In this document: one piece after another, positions 6,958 through 10,143 of the stretch
Layout of the letters: each line of letters begins with the position of its first letter
Position numbering within the stretch: position 1 is the stretch's first letter
DNA from: Candidatus Micrarchaeota archaeon
Lineage (GTDB): Archaea; Micrarchaeota; Micrarchaeia; Norongarragalinales; Norongarragalinaceae
DNA: 10,143 bases
Assembly (NCBI GenBank): GCA_037444485.1
Contig: JBBIMI010000028.1
Span: 1 to 10,143 of the forward strand
Direction: 5' to 3'
Notes under the pieces: generated by a model
Told to the model about the DNA's origin: nothing
What the model saw: only the letters and a program-made list of their open reading frames with translations
Databases searched by the model: none
Position numbers and translations under genes: made by a program

Positions 6958-7638
6958 TCAAAGAATTTTCTTTTTCTTTAATGCGCTCCAAACCAAACTG
7001 CTTATTTCCTCGGACGACTTTAACGCGTTTCCTTCAACACACTTGATTATAATCCAACCGAATTTTTTCGCGAGACGCAAGTAAGTTTTCCGCACGCGCT
7101 CTTCGTAAACAAAATCTTTTTCATGGATGTCTCGCCCATCGTTTTCTTTCACGAAAATGTTTTTCTTTTCGCGCTTTTCAATAAGCTTTTCAGTTATTTT
7201 TCGCGGCGTGTCGAGAAAAACTACTGCGTCAGCTTTAGGCAAACGTGATTCCACGCACTCAATCCAATCAATCATTTTATTGAACTCCGCGCCACTGAAA
7301 AACGCGCCTTGAAAACCCATGTTCGACTGCGAGTACCGGTCGAAAACCAAAAAAACACCGTTCGCGAGTTTTTCTTCGATTTGCTTCTTGAACTGGTAGC
7401 GGTCAAGCGCGTAAAGCAGGCAGGCAACTTCAGGGATTTCTTCCTTTGCGCCAAACTCGCCTGCAAGGTATTTTCCGACTAGCGAGCCGAAAAGCGTTTT
7501 TTCGTAAGTCGGAAAATGAGTTAGTTCGGCTTTGATTCCCTCGCTCTTCAAGCGCGCAAGCAAGAGTTCAGCCTGCGTTTTCTTTCCAGCAGAGCTTATT
7601 CCCTCGATGACAATCAACTTTCCGCGCATGCTCGCCAC
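6958..7638 (-). CDS. tmk: Thymidylate kinase (dTMP kinase)
   Basis: GKLIVIEGISSAGKKTQ P-loop, FP motif, LLYALDR, DRY motif, ADAVVFLD, DIHEKD. GTG start after GGTGG RBS (ATG 7629 is an alternative). Confidence 0.92.
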   Translation of the reverse strand: MASMRGKLIVIEGISSAGKKTQAELLLARLKSEGIKAELTHFPTYEKTLFGSLVGKYLAGEFGAKEEIPEVACLLYALDRYQFKKQIEEKLANGVFLVFDRYSQSNMGFQGAFFSGAEFNKMIDWIECVESRLPKADAVVFLDTPRKITEKLIEKREKKNIFVKENDGRDIHEKDFVYEERVRKTYLRLAKKFGWIIIKCVEGNALKSSEEISSLVWSALKKKKIL

Positions 7639-7675
7639 AATACCACCTTTTCAACACAAACAACAATGCCGCAAA

Positions 7676-8278
7676 TCATTTTTCCTTCAACAAGCCCGCC
7701 TCGTCCAAACACCAATACATTGCAGCAATCATTAAAGGGTGCTTGAACTCGTTTCCAGTAGCCAAGCGTAAAGCCTTACGCCAAGGATGCAATTCTACAG
7801 TAATATCTTCAAGCTCTTCCAAAACAGGTTTTTGTTTGAAAACAGCGTTTCTTCCGAGGAAAAAAAAGCCTTTAGAAACGTCTGTAGCCGGGTCCCTAAA
7901 AACTTTTCCGACGAGTTTCAAGTCGGCTTGAAAACCCGTTTCCTCAAGCAACTCGCGCTCCATTGCCTTGCGTGGTTCTTCCCCGTCTTCAAGCAAGCCT
8001 GCTGGAAGCTCGAAAACAAGCCCGTCAACTGGGTGCCTGAAGTGCTTCAATAAAACAACTTCGTTTTTCGGTGTTAAGCAAACCGCGACGCAAAAGTTTC
8101 TTCGTTCAGTCACGAAATAATGGGTTTTCGAACCGTTCCGCAACTCGAGCTCGTCACGCCGCACTTTAACGAAAGGCGTTTCAAGAAGATACTCTGAACT
8201 GACAATCTTCCAAGGTTTGAAGCCGTTTGAAGCTGAAACGCTTGAACAACTTAAACTGTTTGAAGACAAAACCAGCAC
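7676..8278 (-). CDS. Nudix hydrolase, ADP-ribose pyrophosphatase (NudF-like)
   Basis: Nudix box GLLEDGEEPRKAMERELLEETGF preceded by FRHPV..ELPAG; downstream ELEDITV. Start uncertain (GTG 8278 or TTG 8269). Confidence 0.9.
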   Translation of the reverse strand: MLVLSSNSLSCSSVSASNGFKPWKIVSSEYLLETPFVKVRRDELELRNGSKTHYFVTERRNFCVAVCLTPKNEVVLLKHFRHPVDGLVFELPAGLLEDGEEPRKAMERELLEETGFQADLKLVGKVFRDPATDVSKGFFFLGRNAVFKQKPVLEELEDITVELHPWRKALRLATGNEFKHPLMIAAMYWCLDEAGLLKEK

Positions 8279-8299
8279 CCTTTAACAAGAATTCAAGAA

Positions 8300-9388
8300 T
8301 CAGGTTACTGCAAGAGACGAATTCAACAATATTGCTGCAACAGGAATTAAAATATTGTCGTCCACTCCAAAGTCAAGCGATTCAACAATAGCTAGAAAAA
8401 CCGAGTAAAGCAACGCGCTTGCGAGGCCAAGAAAGTAAAACGAAGCCGGAAAACCAGTAACGATGAATGCAATCAAGCCCTCCCAACTCTTGCCGCTGTT
8501 CCAAAACAACGCGTGCTTGCGCGCGCCACCACCGCCACCACTCCCGCTACTAGTAGTAGCGCGCGAACCAACAATAGTCGAAAAAGCGTCGGCAACCCCT
8601 AAAATCAACAGCACGCCAACCGCGAATGAAACAGAAGGCGAAAACGCGAGCAAAAACAAGGCTCCGACCGCGAAATTCAATGCGCCTTTTCCCGGAGCCA
8701 CGCGCTCTCGCTCGAACTGCTTAAACAAAACAGAAAAAACGCTTTTGCGTCCACGCAGTTCAACGTTAATCGCAAGCATTCCCAAAAACAAGAATCCAGT
8801 CAAAGCAACCAACGCGTTCTCGCGCCCTGCCGCCAACGCGAGCGCCGCTACAACGATTCCAAACAACGCGTGAACGAACTGCCGATGCAATTCAAGCACT
8901 TCAACCAATTCTCGAAACACTTTTTTTCCCTGCAAACGGTCACTCAACTGCGTAACCAGCAAGTAAACAAGCATCCCAAACGCCAGCCCAGCTACGACTT
9001 GCGAAACAGAGTGCACGCCCAAGAAAACGCGTGACGCTGCAATCAACAACGCGAGAGGCGCGATGAAGTAAAACGCTAGCGTGCCAAGCGCGGCAACAAC
9101 GAAAACGCCTGCAACAGTCGCGTGCAAGGAAGGCATTCCGAAAGACGCTTTACACTCGACGAAGCGCGCGAGACTCAAGTCAACCTGGCAAGGCCGCGGC
9201 TCAGCGAAAAAAAACTGCGCGAAGAAAGCGAGCAGCACAGCGAATGCGAGTGCAACAACGAATTCCTTCCTGCGTTTGACGAGGAAAAACTCGACTGCCG
9301 CGATTGCTGCCAGCGGCAAGTAGTAAGACTCGTGGAAGAAAACCGCGAAAACGACGAAAGCTTGTTGCAGTAAAGCGAGCAAATCCAA
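8300..9388 (-). CDS. Integral membrane fusion: PAP2-family phosphatase plus CTP-dependent dolichol/phytol-kinase-like domain
   Basis: N-terminal half: EPRP, MPSLH, SRVFLGVHSVSQV (PAP2 C1-C3). C-terminal half: ELHRQFVH, ADAFSTIVG, KSWEG, GVDDNILIP (dolichol/phytol kinase family motifs). TTG start. Confidence 0.85.
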   Translation of the reverse strand: MDLLALLQQAFVVFAVFFHESYYLPLAAIAAVEFFLVKRRKEFVVALAFAVLLAFFAQFFFAEPRPCQVDLSLARFVECKASFGMPSLHATVAGVFVVAALGTLAFYFIAPLALLIAASRVFLGVHSVSQVVAGLAFGMLVYLLVTQLSDRLQGKKVFRELVEVLELHRQFVHALFGIVVAALALAAGRENALVALTGFLFLGMLAINVELRGRKSVFSVLFKQFERERVAPGKGALNFAVGALFLLAFSPSVSFAVGVLLILGVADAFSTIVGSRATTSSGSGGGGGARKHALFWNSGKSWEGLIAFIVTGFPASFYFLGLASALLYSVFLAIVESLDFGVDDNILIPVAAILLNSSLAVT

Positions 9389-9497
9389 GAAACGTTTTCA
9401 ACCCCGGCTGGAAAGCAAGCGAATCAACAAAAGCAAATCAACAAACTGTTTTTAACTATAAGCACGCAAAACTTTTAAAACAAACGCGTTTTAGAAC

Positions 9498-9703
9498 GCC
9501 TAGGTAACTCAGCCTGGTTAGAGTGCCAGACTCATAAGAAAAACGAAAACAAAAACAAAACAAAAAAAGAAAAAAGAAAAAAAGAAAACAAAAACAAAAA
9601 AAGAAAAAAGAAAAAAAGAAAAAAAGAATTAAAAAGAAACTCGAGGTCTAAATGGAAGGGCTGGGAAATCTGGAAGTCGAGGGTTCAAATCCCTCCCTAG
9701 GCA
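9498..9703 (+). tRNA. tRNA-Met(CAT), elongator type, with 131-nt intron at 37/38 (9537-9667)
   Basis: Acceptor GCCTAGG/CCTAGGC+A, D-stem ACTC/GAGT, anticodon stem CCAGA/TCTGG, loop CT-CAT-A^A, T-arm GAGGG-TTCAAAT-CCCTC. C32-A35 (CUCA) pairs with intron UGGG (9662-9665). G1-C72 and the absence of three consecutive G-C anticodon-stem pairs argue against an initiator; Ile2 is not fully excluded. T-run follows. Confidence 0.92.
9537..9639 (+). repeat. A-rich low-complexity array inside the tRNA-Met intron
   Basis: Runs of A4-A7 separated mostly by single C or G; a 32-bp block is repeated at 9557-9588 and 9591-9622. Confidence 0.9.
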
Positions 9704-9748
9704 TTTTTTTGGTGAAAACGTGAAAACTAGTGCGACAGTAAAAAATTA

Positions 9749-10143
9749 ATGCGAGCGTGCACTTTATGTTTTCCGTTGCGGGACGCGCCTGAACCCCGAG
9801 TCTTGCTCGGGTTGAAAAAACAAGGTTTCGGAAAAGAAAAGTGGAACGGCTTCGGCGGAAAAGTTCGAGAAAATGAAAGCTTGGAGGAAGCCGCGGCGCG
9901 GGAACTCGCTGAAGAATCAGGCTTGCGAGCGAACCCGAAAAAAGAACCAGAAAAAGCTTTAGCGCGTTGCGGAACTCGTTTTCATTTTCACGAGTAAGCC
10001 GGAATGGAATCAAGTAGTGCGCGTGTTCCTCGCACGCGATTTTGAAGGCAAGCCCAGCGAGAGCGAGGAAATGCAGCCGAAGTATTCACATGCAACGAAC
10101 TGCCTTTCAAAGCAATGTGGGAGGATGACGCGCACCGGCTGCC
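9749..10143 (+). pseudogene. Disrupted MutT/NUDT1(MTH1)-like 8-oxo-dGTP diphosphatase; runs off the window end
   Basis: [20 protein letters not shown] plus Nudix box (ELAEESGL). Homology continues in another frame ([31 protein letters not shown]) and then back in the first frame (ELPFKAMWEDDAH). Lesions: 13-bp duplication 9931-9956, TAG at 9960-9962, 1-bp loss near 10083. Confidence 0.85.

Noticed and set aside
6507..7084. ORFs 6507-6734, 6658-6891 and 6704-7084
   Set aside because: They overlap tRNA-Glu, low-complexity DNA or tmk and have no recognisable motifs.
9473..9497. TTTTAAAA about 25 nt upstream of tRNA-Met G1, suggesting leaderless tRNA transcription as in Nanoarchaeum
   Set aside because: Another TATA-like element at 9449-9461 fits a normal leader, the tRNA-Glu promoter spacing implies a leader, and the palindromic box may serve the divergent gene.
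4357..9639. Possible base-pairing between the A-rich tRNA-Met intron and the U-rich tract upstream of metG as a regulatory link
   Set aside because: Complementarity is only compositional, run lengths do not match in register by eye, and the likely metG promoter lies downstream of the tract.
9960..9962. In-frame TAG as evidence of stop-codon recoding or pyrrolysine
   Set aside because: It lies in a gene with two additional frameshifts, and no intact gene in the window needs readthrough.
362..10013. Remaining antisense or nested ORFs in the track (e.g. 575-901, 1103-1573, 1920-2357, 4713-5159, 8463-8873, 9648-10013)
   Set aside because: Shadow frames of well-supported genes with no independent evidence.

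Overview
Archaeal chromosomal housekeeping region, most consistent with a DPANN lineage such as Micrarchaeota (inferred from archaeal uL16/L10e, an FtsZ2-type protein, intron-containing tRNAs without encoded CCA, and GGTGA-type ribosome-binding sites). Gene order: ftsZ(-), rpl10e(-), two membrane-anchored surface proteins(+), a 287-bp polypyrimidine tract, metG(+), an EF-Tu-domain-II-like small protein(+), intron-containing tRNA-Glu(TTC)(-), tmk(-), a NudF-like Nudix hydrolase(-), a PAP2 phosphatase/polyprenol-kinase fusion(-), tRNA-Met(CAT)(+) with a 131-nt, mostly A-rich intron, and a MutT/NUDT1-like pseudogene(+) running off the end. Most unusual signals: (1) most intergenic segments contain short (10-16 bp) tandem duplications, several copying gene 3' ends, and one frameshifts the MutT-like gene; (2) four very long strand-biased oligo(U)/oligo(A) tracts, three placed like terminators and one inside the tRNA-Met intron, whose outer BHB helix is missing; (3) MetRS appears to start at a near-cognate codon (probably ACG). 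No mobile element, CRISPR array or defence system is supported.
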